From contig OX597814.1 of NCBI GenBank assembly GCA_951406725.2, positions 138,260,001-138,324,000 of the forward strand: a stretch of 64,000 nt of DNA. The letters run 5' to 3'. Every line of letters begins with the position of its first letter. Within the stretch, counting starts at the first letter, position 1. The notes beneath the pieces were generated by a model, which saw only the letters and a list, made by a program, of their open reading frames with translations, was not told the DNA's origin and did not search any database. The stretch comes from Octopus vulgaris. Its lineage: Eukaryota. Positions 26,959 through 38,723 of the stretch are shown one piece after another. The translations under genes were made by a program, and so were the position numbers.

Positions 26959-27237
26959 GTTTCTTCCCTCCCCCCACTGCTTGGCAACAGAAGACATTCA
27001 CCAAAGTGGCACGCAAGAAGACTGAACCTGAAGTCATATGATTGCAAAGTGAGCTTCTTAACCATAATGCCATGCCTACGATCTATGTCTAAATCTTAAA
27101 GACAAAATAGTTGCAGCTTGGAACACTATTGATTATAGCTCTGTTTAGAAGAAGATCGACACGTGGCTAAATAACAGCAACAACAATAAAAAACAAACAA
27201 GCAAATATACAAACTACATCAAAAACAGTAGCATCGA

Positions 27238-27353
27238 GAAAAATGTTCACTTAAAGAGAATAACAAGCTACATAATGCAAAATTTTTACTTTTCAAAAAT
27301 TCCAATTGTAAAGGGTCGAAACAAACCCTAGCAACGCCGGGCGATACTGCTAG
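27238..27353 (+). mobile_element. 3' fragment of a non-autonomous Helitron
   Basis: Near-identical to 58420-58536. Ends GCAACGCCGGGCGATACTGCTAG|T. Confidence 0.7.
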
Positions 27354-28208
27354 TAAATGTATTATATTTCCGTACAATGTTTATGTGGTGTCGTTATGCT
27401 GTTAGCTTACTATTACGGCGGTAGTTCGACGCCAGACTCTTACACCTCTATAGTCATTGTGTTAACAGATAATTAACAAAAAAAAAAAAAAGAGAAAACG
27501 AATATAATTTTTATATATATATATGAAACTCCGTTTTTACCCCACTTTCTCATATTTACCAAGAACTATTTATTTTTTTCAGATTTCAAGTATTTATTTT
27601 CTCTTATTTTTGAATTCTATCTACTGCTATAAATCTATTGAACTAACATATCGTGTCGCAGTAAAGTTTGACATCAGCGCTGCAATGCATTCAAAGCTAA
27701 AACACTTCACTTTTAATTACCCCAGACTACGCTGTAAGAAGTGCCATAGATGGGGAGGGCTCATTAATGAAAGTACTGTATGTAGAGTGAGTGCTTCATT
27801 AGTTTAAAATATTAAGTGCAAATAGCACACAATAGGTACAGTTTGGAAAGGGATGAAGCTGACTTCTATCTAGATGCATTTTATGTAGACCAGAAGTGGA
27901 GAAACCCCCGCCCGCTGGGGCAAATGTGCCGCAGGCTGGTATACTCGTATGCACAACATATAGTAAATTTTTCAATTATAAAATTGATACAATATTCGTA
28001 TGTCTATTTGCGACGTAGGTCGCGATTCTACTACGACTTAAAACGGTCTGACACGAACAGAAATCGTTCGGTAATTGCCATTTGAATGGAACTTTTGTTT
28101 TCACTATAAAATACATATTGCTAGGTTTGTACCCCACACCCTTAAGACCCAACAGCACTCTAGCTGAAAAATATAGAATACATCATAAGTAATATAAACG
28201 CCCTAAAG

Positions 28209-28622
28209 GGCGGCGAGCTGGCAGAATCGTTAGCAGGCCGGGAGAAATGCGTAGCCGTATTTCGTCTGCCGTTACGTTTTGAGTTCAAATTCCGCCAAGG
28301 TCGACTTTGCCTTTCATCCCTTCGGGGTCGATTAAATAAGTACCAGTTACCTACTGGGGTCGATATAATCGATTTAATCCGTTTGTCTGTCCTTGTTTGT
28401 CCTCTGTGTTTAGTCCCTTGTGGGTAGTAAAGAAATAGGTATTTCGTCTGCCGTTACGTTCTGAGTTCAAATTCCGTCGAGGTCGACTTTGCCTTTCATC
28501 CTTTCGGGGTCGATAAATAAGTACCAGTTACGCACTGGGGTCAATATAATCGACTTAATCTCTTTGTCTCTCCTTGTTTGTCCCCCCACCATGTTTATCC
28601 CCCCGTGGGCAATAAATAAATA
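28209..28622 (+). mobile_element. SINE family B with internal tandem duplication
   Basis: GGCGGCGAGCTGGCAGAATCGTTAGC head, GAGTTCAAATTCC B-box and a central GCCTTTCATCCTTTCGGGGTCGATAAA..AGTACCAG (resembles the Deu/Nin-type core). The body is duplicated from 28440. Confidence 0.85.
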
Positions 28623-29068
28623 AATATAAACGTCCTAAATTCAGTGGCGGTGTTAATGAAGATGTTACGCGTTATTTTAACGTCCTAAACTTATCTAATT
28701 ATACATAGATATATATACAAGATTTACACAGATATAAGAGTTAGAACTTTCGATCTGCCCGCGGACCTTTTTCTTTGGAAATTTTTGCCCGCCGCACTAA
28801 AAAGATTCCCCACCCCTGATGTAGACCAATGATTCTCAACCATTTTTTTTTACTTATTGACCTTTTCGATTCCTATTTTATTCGAATGGATTTTCGTAGC
28901 CATTTGATGTTTAAGCAGTCATTTAATTATTTTTGATAATTAAATATTATTAGGAATTGTATTAAAAAAGTTGTCGAAATATTGTGTATTGTAGAAGTAT
29001 AACCAATTTTTCTGCACAAATTTTAACAACAAATTTTAACAACAAAATCTTATATGTTGTTAAAAAAT

Positions 29069-29410
29069 CAAGTGTCTTCTACTATAGCCTCGGGCCGACC
29101 AAAGCCTTGTGAGTGGATTTGGTAGATGGAAACTGAAAGAAGCCCGTCGTATATATGTGTATATATATGTATGTATGTGTGTGTGTATGTGTTTGTGTGT
29201 CTGTGTTTGTCCCTCCAACATCGCTTGACAACCGATGCTGGTGTGTTTACGTCCCCGTAACTTAGCGGTTCGGCAAAAGAGTCCGATAGAATAAGTACTA
29301 GGCTTACAAAGAATATGTCCTGAGCTCGATTTGCTCGACTAAAAAGGCGGTGCTCCAGCATGGCTACAGTCAAATGTCTGAAACAAGTAAGAAGGAGTAA
29401 AAAAAAAAAG
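29069..29410 (+). mobile_element. 5'-truncated SINE family A
   Basis: Matches the body and tail of 1751-2165. Confidence 0.85.
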
Positions 29411-29740
29411 AGATATGAACCCTCAAGGCCATACGAATCCCTAAAGGGTCTCAAACGAAAGCGACTCACTTTCAGTTATACTGCATATTGCGTTCACTTT
29501 TTCACATTTTCAGTTATTGGACTGCGGCCATGCTTGAGTATCGCCCGATCAAATTAACCCCAGTGCTTAAATTTAAGCCTAATACTTATTTTGTCGGTCT
29601 CTGTTTTGCCGAACTGCTATATTGCAGTGAAGTAAACAAATTAACACAGGTTATCAACACGCATTTATTAACAAACGGCAGAAGTCACAGAGTTACTCAC
29701 GGGCTGAGAGTTTCGTACATTGGCACTTATCAGATATGTA

Positions 29741-29772
<32 letters not shown>

Positions 29773-29773
<1 letters not shown>

Positions 29774-30808
29774 AGGATGTTCGGTCTAAATTTGACGGTT
29801 TTTTATGTCTCCCTTTTTCCAGGAAAAGCTTGATAGTCAACAAGGTTGGAGAGCGTAAAGATTAAAGTTGTAGTTGAGAAAAAGTTAGCTGACAACAAGC
29901 CATCTGAATATTGGAAAAGAGTTACCTGTATCATGATGATTCGCGCCGGGTATCAAACTACCGACATTGTGACTGCTGTTCAATGCTCTGTGAACACTAT
30001 AAAGGTCGTAAGATGCGACATGAACATCATGAAGACCAAGTTACTCCAAGCTGTAAAGGTCTTTGGGCATGTCTTCAGTAAGGGTGATGGCATGCCGTCC
30101 AACATCTTTGAACAGGGCTTAGGCTTTTATTCAGACTGTTATGTGAAGCTGCTGGAGACTGTGGTCAAACCCTGGCTGGAGAGAGATGCTGCTGAAAGAC
30201 TATATATGTGACAATAGGTTTCGGCTCCTTGTCACACCACCGGTAAGAGTCAGAAGTGGTTGTCGGAGAATTTCAATGACTTCACCATCCCCAAATTCTG
30301 GCCTCCTAATTCCCCCGATTTTAATCCTCCCATGGATTACTATGTATGGTCGCAGCTGAGAAAGATACTAACCGTTCTGTCTGCAACACCAAGGACTAGT
30401 TGGTGTCCAAGATCAAGGGAATTTTCGAAGGTCTTTCAGGGACACAGTGAAGGCCGCATACGTCAAGTTCCGGAGCCGTTTTGAAGCCGTGGTAGAAGCT
30501 GAGGATGGTTACTTTGAATAAACTGTTATCTCCCAGACATAATCTAGTTGATAAATTTTGCCTTTTTAGAATACTTCTTTTTTTAGATAGGATGTCAGGC
30601 GCGGTCCTAGGAATTTTTCGAAGGGAGGGCCCAAGGTCAGAAGGAAATACAATTCCAGGAGAAGAGGGCGTAATAACATTATATAGAAGAGCGCATTTCT
30701 CTTCTTGACGGGGGCACATACCCGTCAGGCCCCACCTTGGGTCCGCCCCTGGATATTGTATTTGCGTTACATTTTATGTAAACAATCGAATTTAGCCAGA
30801 ACAACCTG
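29773..30808 (+). mobile_element. Internally deleted Tc1/mariner element with TIRs and TA TSD
   Basis: TA|CAGGATGTTCGGTCTAAATTTG ... CGAATTTAGCCAGAACAACCTG|TA. Remnant ORFs include KFWPPNSPDFNPPMDYYVWS and YVKLLETVVKPWL. Confidence 0.85.
30596..30751. mobile_element. MITE nested in the mariner element
   Basis: Imperfect TIRs CAGGCGCGGTCCTAGG ... CCTTGGGTCCGCCCCTG. Confidence 0.65.
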
Positions 30809-31270
30809 TATCTAAATATATGTTGGGACACCGTCTTGAGGAATTTTAGACAAACGAATCGACCCCACAATTAATTTTTTCTTTTAAACTTGTATTTATT
30901 CTGTCGTGCACTTTTGCCGAGCCGCTAAGATATGGAAACGTAAACACACCAACATCGGTTGTCAAGCAGTGGTGGGAGACAAACGTGTGTAGTTGTGTGT
31001 GTGTGTGTGTGTGTGCGTGCGTGTGCGTATGTGTGTGTGGGCATGTGTGTGTGTATGTGTGTCTTTGTGTCTGTGTTTGTCTCTCACCACCACTTGACAA
31101 TCGGTGTTGGTGTGTTTACGTCCACCTAACTTAGCAGTTTGACAAAAGAGAACGATAGAATAAGTACAAATTTAAAAGAAAAAAGTTAATAGTGTGGTCG
31201 ATTCGTTCGATTAAAATTCCTCAAGGCGGTGCCCCAATATGACCACAGTCTGATGATTGAAACAAGTGAA

Positions 31271-31323
<53 letters not shown>

Positions 31324-32450
31324 CACGGTGGGCTTCCGCACAGTTTTCGTCTACCAAATTCACTCACAAAGTATTGACCAACCCTTGGCGAAAATAGAAA
31401 ACACTTGCCCAAGTTGCTGAATAGATTGGACTGAACCCTAAACCTCTTGATTGCGAAGCGAACGTCTTAACCACACAGCCATACTGCGGTTATATTTATT
31501 TATATATTTATTTTTTTTTTCTTCTTTTTCCTGTCTTACACTCAGAAATGGCTGGTATTGTGGTTTATTACGTTAAACAAATCTAGCCACTGCAGGTGTA
31601 TAATTAAAATAAACACGTTGGTTACTTAATCAATTAGTAAGTTGTACTTCCCAGTGAAACAATTGCATATAACTTACAACTGCTGTCTAAATATCGTCGA
31701 AGTGTGTCTTGTCTGGTATTTTTCTAACTCGTGTGCCATTTGCGTCAACTTCTGTTTTTGTTGCTTCTGTAAAGGAGGGTGAGTGGAAGCTGTAGTAAAC
31801 GACTATGGTGGAGCATTTTATGTTTGTTTAATTTTTTTGCGGATGTGTATGTGTATGCTGTGTGTATGCGGAAGGAAAACAGTCTGTGCATAACCGAGGC
31901 AAGGAGTGTTTTAACGATGACAAATAAGGACAGTTATATAACTGTGTATAGAAAATAGAGTCAAATCAATTGTAATCCTTATCTGACTTTTCTCTCTCTT
32001 TAACAAAGATCATCTCTAAATCAAATATGATCAGATCAATATACATTTTAGAGGGTACTGAAAGCAGTTAAGAACAATTCTGTTTTATTCTGTTAGTCAA
32101 CACAGAACTGTTTTCATCAAGTGTAAATAATAATAAACAAATATTTATAATATTTGAACGATTTTTAAAAGAAAAATAGCGCCGTTGATTGAGACATCCA
32201 TTAACGAGCAGATGATGAACTCTATTAAACCTTATCTCAAGCAACACGAGGTAATCTCTACGTGGTTGCACATTCCGTAAAAAATAGCAACCAAATCCCC
32301 TTCAAAACATAACCAACCACCTTTAAAAAAAAAAAAAATCACCTCAACCCCCCGGACAATCAAGGCTGGAATGTTTTTGATAAATAAGGTCCATCTGATC
32401 AGGGTTAAGCTGGAGTTCATCATCGCTATAGTCGTCGTCGTCGTCGTCAG

Positions 32451-32503
<53 letters not shown>

Positions 32504-32839
32504 GCTACTACTGCTACTGCTACTGTTACTGCTGCTGTTGTTGTTTGCGATTTAGGCACAAGGCTAGCAGTCTTGAAGGGAGAGTGTTAGCTGATTCTAT
32601 TGATCTCCATTACTTGACTGATACGTTTTTTTTTATCGGCGCCGGATGGATGAAAGGCAAAGTTGGCTTTGATTGAGGACTGGAAAAAAGGACCTGGTGG
32701 ATATGGTCCTGGCTCGGGAGCAGGCTCACGACAAGGCTTGCGACTCTGCCGGGTGGAGATTTTTCATGTTGTACGCAGAACCACGCGTTCGCACACACGC
32801 ACATATTATATATATATTATATAATATATTCTATTTTTT

Positions 32840-33175
32840 TTCTTTTTACGTGTTTCAGCCATTTGACTGGGGCCATGCAGGAACACCGCCTGAAACAGTT
32901 TTAGTCAAAGAAATCGGCCCCAGGACTTATTTTTCATAAGCCTAGTACTTATTCTATCGGACTTTTTGCTGAACCGCTAAGTTATGAGTACATAAACACA
33001 CCAGTATCGGTTGTCAAGCGATGGTAGGGGTGACAAACACAAACACACACACACACACACACATACACGCACTTACGATGGGCATCTTCCAGTTTCCATC
33101 TACCAAATCCACTCACAAGGCTTTGGACTGAACCTGGAACCATGTGGTTGGGAAGCAAGCTTCATACCACACAGT
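32840..33175 (-). mobile_element. SINE family A (internally deleted)
   Basis: Reverse complement match to 1751-2165. Confidence 0.75.
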
Positions 33176-33179
33176 CTGG

Positions 33180-33595
33180 TTCGGCCGCCGTCCGTGCAAC
33201 ATCTATATTCCTCCCTGTGCCTGTGAAATCTTGTATCCCTGCCGTAAGGCTTTATTTCCACACACGCCAACTTAATTTAATTCGTCCTTAGTCGAAAGAC
33301 ACCTGTTGTTATGTCCTGTTATTTGTATTTGTGTAACATTCTCCGTTTTTTTCCCGTCCTTGTTTTTGTATACATTCACTGCTTTCTTCTAAGGAATCTA
33401 ATACTCTTAGCTTAGTTTTTCCTTAGGGCTGGCCAGATAGGAGCAATCTCAATTATAACCAGCCGAAATTGCAAAGATAATCTGGAACTCGACTGAGGAA
33501 AGAAAATTCCGAATGACCTGTCCTTGTTTTCCTTGTATCGTCTATCTGGATGTTTTGTTGTCCCTTTTTTGTATCACCTAACTGTCCCATTTTGA
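33180..33595 (+). mobile_element. PLE-like remnant with permuted HHR-like motif (GAAA..ATC-N10-CTGAGGA)
   Basis: Homologous to 35410-35765(+) and 37320-37640(-). Ends in (TA)n. Confidence 0.55.
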
Positions 33596-33846
33596 TATAT
33601 ATATATATATAATAATGAATTAAACACACACACATTAAACTTTTATAAGAAGGGAGATAGTTACCTCGAAGTTTCGGCCTGTTCATGCACTCGAAGTCAC
33701 TGTCACCCCTCTATTTTTATAAATTTAATAAGCACGTACTCTACAAAAATGTGCTAATTCTTCATTTTAATGCTAAATTGTTTATATTATAACCTGACAT
33801 AAAAACAAACGTTACTACATACATGCGCGCGCGCACACAAACACAC

Positions 33847-33944
<98 letters not shown>

Positions 33945-35409
33945 ATACATGTATGGTTGGAATAATTTAGAGCGGCCGGAAATTTTAATGCATAAAAATG
34001 GGTTTTGGGCGGAAAAAACAACACAGAACTGGTAAATTGTGATAGCTGCTATTTGCGGTTTGCTGATGAAAAACATTAAAGTAATTATGACTGAATGTAG
34101 GGAGGATTGTATCCCAGCTCAAAATATGTTAAAATAGCAAGGATTGGTTGAACAAACCCATTTGAACCATTTTATCAGCGTATTAAATATCGGTTTCAAA
34201 TTTTGGCCAGCAATTTCGGAGAAGGCATTAAGTCGATTATAATCGACCTCTGTGTTCAACTGGTACTTATTTTATCGACACCGAAATGATGAAAGGCAAA
34301 ATCGACCTCCGTAGGATTTGAACTCAGAACGTGAAGTCTGACGAAAAACCGCCAAGCGTTTTGCCCAACATGCTAACAATTCTTCCAGCTGGCTTTCTTA
34401 AAGTTTGCGTGAAATTCGGGTATTAATGATGCCAAGTGTGCTCCAATGTGCACCAAAGTGACACGTACTTATGGCGTAATGGTATTAAATATCAAAATGC
34501 TGAGGATCGTGAACGAATACTTATCTATAACCTCACTTCATATCGTGATAAAGCTTATGTAAGTATATTTGTGTATGTAACCGAAACACCACTTGCCTTT
34601 TCTATCCTTTGTATCACACCATTCTCAAATAACTCGTACTAAACACTACCTCCCATATTATTTGTCTCTCTGAAATAATGGAAGAAAAATATTATATACC
34701 TTACACTGCTTCTTACACGAACTTTCACTCCGAACGGAAGACAGAAAATATGATCCACACACACACACAAAGCTTGTGAGAGTAATATATATTAATGAGT
34801 ATATAGTGTTTTTATTATTAACTTTTGAATAATGAAATAATGTATTTCACTCATAATTATTATTATATTATTCGTTGAATTAAATTCAATTGTGTTTTGT
34901 TTTCGAGAGAATTGAATATAAAGCTTTCACTTTTTTTTTAATATAGTAGTAATAATGGAAGATTGGTGGGATTATTATTTTGTATTGGTCGCTGTTTCGT
35001 ATATAATTTACTTATTGTAGGTTTACCAATAATACCGATACAGATGTAAATAGATTTGAAAAATTATATTTAAATGTTGAAGTGAATCTAATGGTTTTCT
35101 TTGTGTTTTTAAATAGCTTGTAAACACCTTCCACGCTGCAATTGTTTTTGTTTCAGCACATGATCTTAGATCAGGTTACTTGCTATGCAAGTACATATTC
35201 GTAATATATATATATATATATATATATAGGTTATAAAATGAGATAGGGGTTGAAAATTCAACCCACCATGGGATAATATGTGTATAATGCCTTTACTCAT
35301 ATGTAATGGTTTATTAAAGTATTGATTGGGTATCATCGGATAGTTGATGATTTATTGATTTAAGTATGTTTCTCCATTCTCTAATTTTGTTATATATATA
35401 TATATATAT

Positions 35410-35764
35410 ATCTTCATACACGCCAGCTCAATTTGTATCGTTCTCAATCGAAAGACGCCTGTTGCTATTTCTTGTTGTGTACCATGTTCTCTGTTTTTTT
35501 TTTCGTCTTTGTTGCCGTACACATTCGCCAGCTTTCTTACAAAGGGGTCTAATGCTCTTAGCTTAGACTTTTTTGGGAACAACCAGATCGAATCATCTCA
35601 AGTGTAACTCTCCGAAATGGTCGTGACTTCTGGTACTTGACTGATGAAAGACATCGAAGAATGACCCGTTTTTTCTGCCTGACTTTCTAATTGTTGTTTC
35701 TCTTGTCCGCCTTTGTGTCGGCTATCTGTCCGAACGTTTTATTGCCCTCTATTGCGTTTTTGGT

Positions 35765-35765
<1 letters not shown>
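35410..35765 (+). mobile_element. PLE-like remnant with permuted HHR-like motif (GAAA..TTC-N10-CTGATGA)
   Basis: Motif at 35614-35647. (TA)n on both sides. Confidence 0.5.
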
Positions 35766-35848
<83 letters not shown>

Positions 35849-35902
35849 GAATATATATATATATATATATATCTGTAAATATAATATGTGACAATTATTC
35901 GG

Positions 35903-35969
35903 TAGCCAAGATAAAGTTTCGGATGCCGAGGTGGAAATCCACACCACCATCTCTTCAGTTATCCGGCCA
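35903..35969 (-). ncRNA. Hammerhead-like motif with intact core and shortened helix III
   Basis: TGGCCG GATAA CTGAAGA GATG..GTGGA TT TCCAC..CATC C GAAAC T TTATC T TGGCTA. Confidence 0.5.
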
Positions 35970-36015
35970 TCGTTTTTACCAATAATACATACATACATAG
36001 ATACATACATACATG

Positions 36016-36080
<65 letters not shown>

Positions 36081-36140
36081 ATATAATATATATATAATAT
36101 ATATTATATATTAATATATATATATAATATATATTATATA

Positions 36141-36196
<56 letters not shown>

Positions 36197-36197
36197 T

Positions 36198-36250
36198 AAC
36201 AAAACTGTCCGACGAACGGGAACGTGAAACTCCGAGTAACAGGTTTTGTT
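36198..36250 (+). ncRNA. Type I hammerhead motif (U4C variant) in (TA)n
   Basis: AACAAAAC TGT CCGACGA ACG GGAA CGT GAAA CTC C GAG TA ACA G GTTTTGTT: 11-bp bulged helix I, GNRA-capped helix II, near-palindromic helix III and a GUA site. AATAAA follows. Confidence 0.7.
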
Positions 36251-36274
36251 GAATTTCTGTTGCTTTTAAATAAA

Positions 36275-36317
<43 letters not shown>

Positions 36318-36322
<5 letters not shown>

Positions 36323-37010
36323 ATACTGGGAGGATAGAGACGGAACGAAGTGAAAATTCGAAAAATCGAAAATTCGAACGAACCCGACGCGAGCGCTGTC
36401 AGACAATAGTGTAATAAATAAAATATATGCATACATACAAACATATATGTACGTACCGACATCTACATGTATATATACATGCATATATAAATATATATGT
36501 ACAGGACACCACAGAAAGACGTAAAACTCAACAGAAACGAAAACGGAAAAGCCATTTTGTTACAACAGAAGGACACGAGAACGAAAACGGGAAAAACATT
36601 ATGTACAACAGAAAAACAGGTAAAGGACATGCTACACAAGGAAAAATCCCCTTCATCAGCTGTCACTAGCAGACATAGCGTGTTTCGAAGGCAAGACAGG
36701 ACACGTCTGGTCATGCTAAGCCTTCCTACGAGAGAATTAAAATAAAATAACCTCGCAGAGAGGTAAAATAAGCAAGAAAAAAATGTAACACAAAAAGGGA
36801 CGTAACAAAGAACTGCACAATAAAATACAAGAAAAAAATACAAAATTAAAAATACATGTACAAGAAAATACAAAACGAGAAATAAATTACAAAACGAGAA
36901 ATCAATATAAACAAGAGAAAAAACGAAAAAAAACGAACGAAAGGCCTTTGTTCTGGCAGGGACGAAAGAGGTAACTGGCGAGCGCTGGGAAACATGACCT
37001 TAGGGCCTGA
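36318..37010 (-). mobile_element. PLE-like remnant with GAAAC..GTC-N12-CTGATGA
   Basis: Motif at 36653-36686(-). Homologous to 8665-9012. Confidence 0.55.
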
Positions 37011-37049
37011 AGCTATGCATGTATAAAGGTGTATATACATGTATGTTCA

Positions 37050-37124
<75 letters not shown>

Positions 37125-37182
37125 TTATTAGTGAATTGAAGAAATGGAGTTGAACGAAGATTGAACAGAATTCCTTTTATTG

Positions 37183-37270
37183 TATTCTACACATGTTTCA
37201 AAAGCCACAATTTTCCAAATTCTGATTAAATAAGGATCCCATATTGTGGCTTTCTCTTCTGGAAAAAAAT
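37183..37270 (-). ncRNA. Decayed type I hammerhead-like motif with long helix II
   Basis: C CAGAAGA G AAAGCCACAAT...ATTGTGGCTTT T GAAACATGT G TAGAATA. Palindromic ACATGT. (TA)n on both sides. Confidence 0.4.
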
Positions 37271-37319
37271 AGGAATTCCGTTGGCAGAACAATATATATA
37301 TATATATATATGTATAAAA

Positions 37320-37640
37320 ATTATATATAAAATTTACAAAAGGGGACAAGAACGCAAACCACACAAAGAGACGACACAAAAAAAAAAAAAAACAGGCAGG
37401 TCATTCGAAGCCTCTAATCTTCAGTCAGGAACCGGATCATCTTAGCAATTTCGGCTGATTAATCCTGATATCGCTCCGATCCGGCCAGCCCCAAGGAAAC
37501 ACTAAGCTACGAGCATTAGATTTCTTGGAAAAAGGATCGAATGTATACGAAACAAAACCGGACGATGCCACACGAATATAAATAAAAGAAACAAAAAATA
37601 AAAATAAAAAACAAGAATAGTAATAACAGGACAGCGGGAG
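37320..37640 (-). mobile_element. PLE-like remnant with permuted HHR-like motif (GAAA..ATC-N10-CTGAAGA)
   Basis: Motif at 37418-37452(-). Homologous to 33180-33595. Confidence 0.55.
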
Positions 37641-37933
37641 TCTTACGACTTCAGACAATTTAACTTATCTTGGCTGGCGTATTTTGAAAAAAATGCCTTT
37701 GCGGCAGACGAAAACAACAGTGTTAACATGGCAGCGGTCAAAGGCGAAAAGACCAGTTGAACAGCAGTCACGTGAGAGGACATGTATTGATGTATATAAA
37801 TGTATATATATATGAATATATATATATGTATATATATACATATATACATGGCGGTGCCCCAGCATGGCCACAGCTCATAAGCTGAAACTGGAAAAATCAA
37901 AAATCAAATCAAAATCATATTTATGTATATATT

Positions 37934-37984
<51 letters not shown>

Positions 37985-37994
<10 letters not shown>

Positions 37995-38723
37995 AAAGGT
38001 TTGAAAATGCAATTTAAACGATGTTTATTTACTTAACCGGTTTCACTCTTTGTTAAAAAGATTGTCAAAAGTAACATTGAATATTATGGGTTCAAAAAAA
38101 GTTTTTTACATAATTGTCACATTGAATATTATGAATTCAAAAATGTTTTTTTATACATAATTGTCACATTACATGTATAAATATAGTATAAAAAAGTTCA
38201 ATAGTGTGATGAGAATATTTGGAAAAATTGGCAGAAAAGAATAAAACAAATATATTATTGGAAATTTGGTTGCGTTAATTATTGGTTGTCGCAAATTGTC
38301 ACATTACATGTATATATATACAGTCTTTGGTAGAAATGACATGTTAAAGACATAAGGAAGTGTAATAGTTTGGTGAGAAAGCTTGTAATATTGACAGAGA
38401 AAATTAAAATGGATATTTTAGACATCTCAGAATATTTTGAATCGAAGGCGAGAATTTGTTTTTTACTGACCTGTTTGTTTTAGCAGAAAAGTTGAATTGA
38501 GAGAAAAAAGATATGTACCCAATTTGGTTTATACTTCCCCTTCAAGCATCAGTGACTTTGGGGTTATTGGGAGGTGAGTATGCGGGTGTGAATAGATGTG
38601 TCCGTGTGCCTGCTGGTCAGACAGCGTCTGTTTGTCACACACATATATACACACACACACACAACAACAATACACACACACACATAGTATACACACACAC
38701 ACCACATACACACAACACACACA
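37985..38723 (-). repeat. Inverted pseudo-LTR (left arm)
   Basis: Reverse complement of 42311-43050. By eye, 2 substitutions (38116/42919 and 38227/42808) and one homopolymer indel (~38504/42525). Confidence 0.95.
38029..38074 (-). ncRNA. Hammerhead ribozyme motif (U3-A8) in left pseudo-LTR
   Basis: Exact reverse complement of 42961-43006. Confidence 0.7.

Noticed and set aside
34436-34564. Possible coding exon ending at GTAAGT
   Set aside because: No recognisable protein similarity and no clear acceptor.
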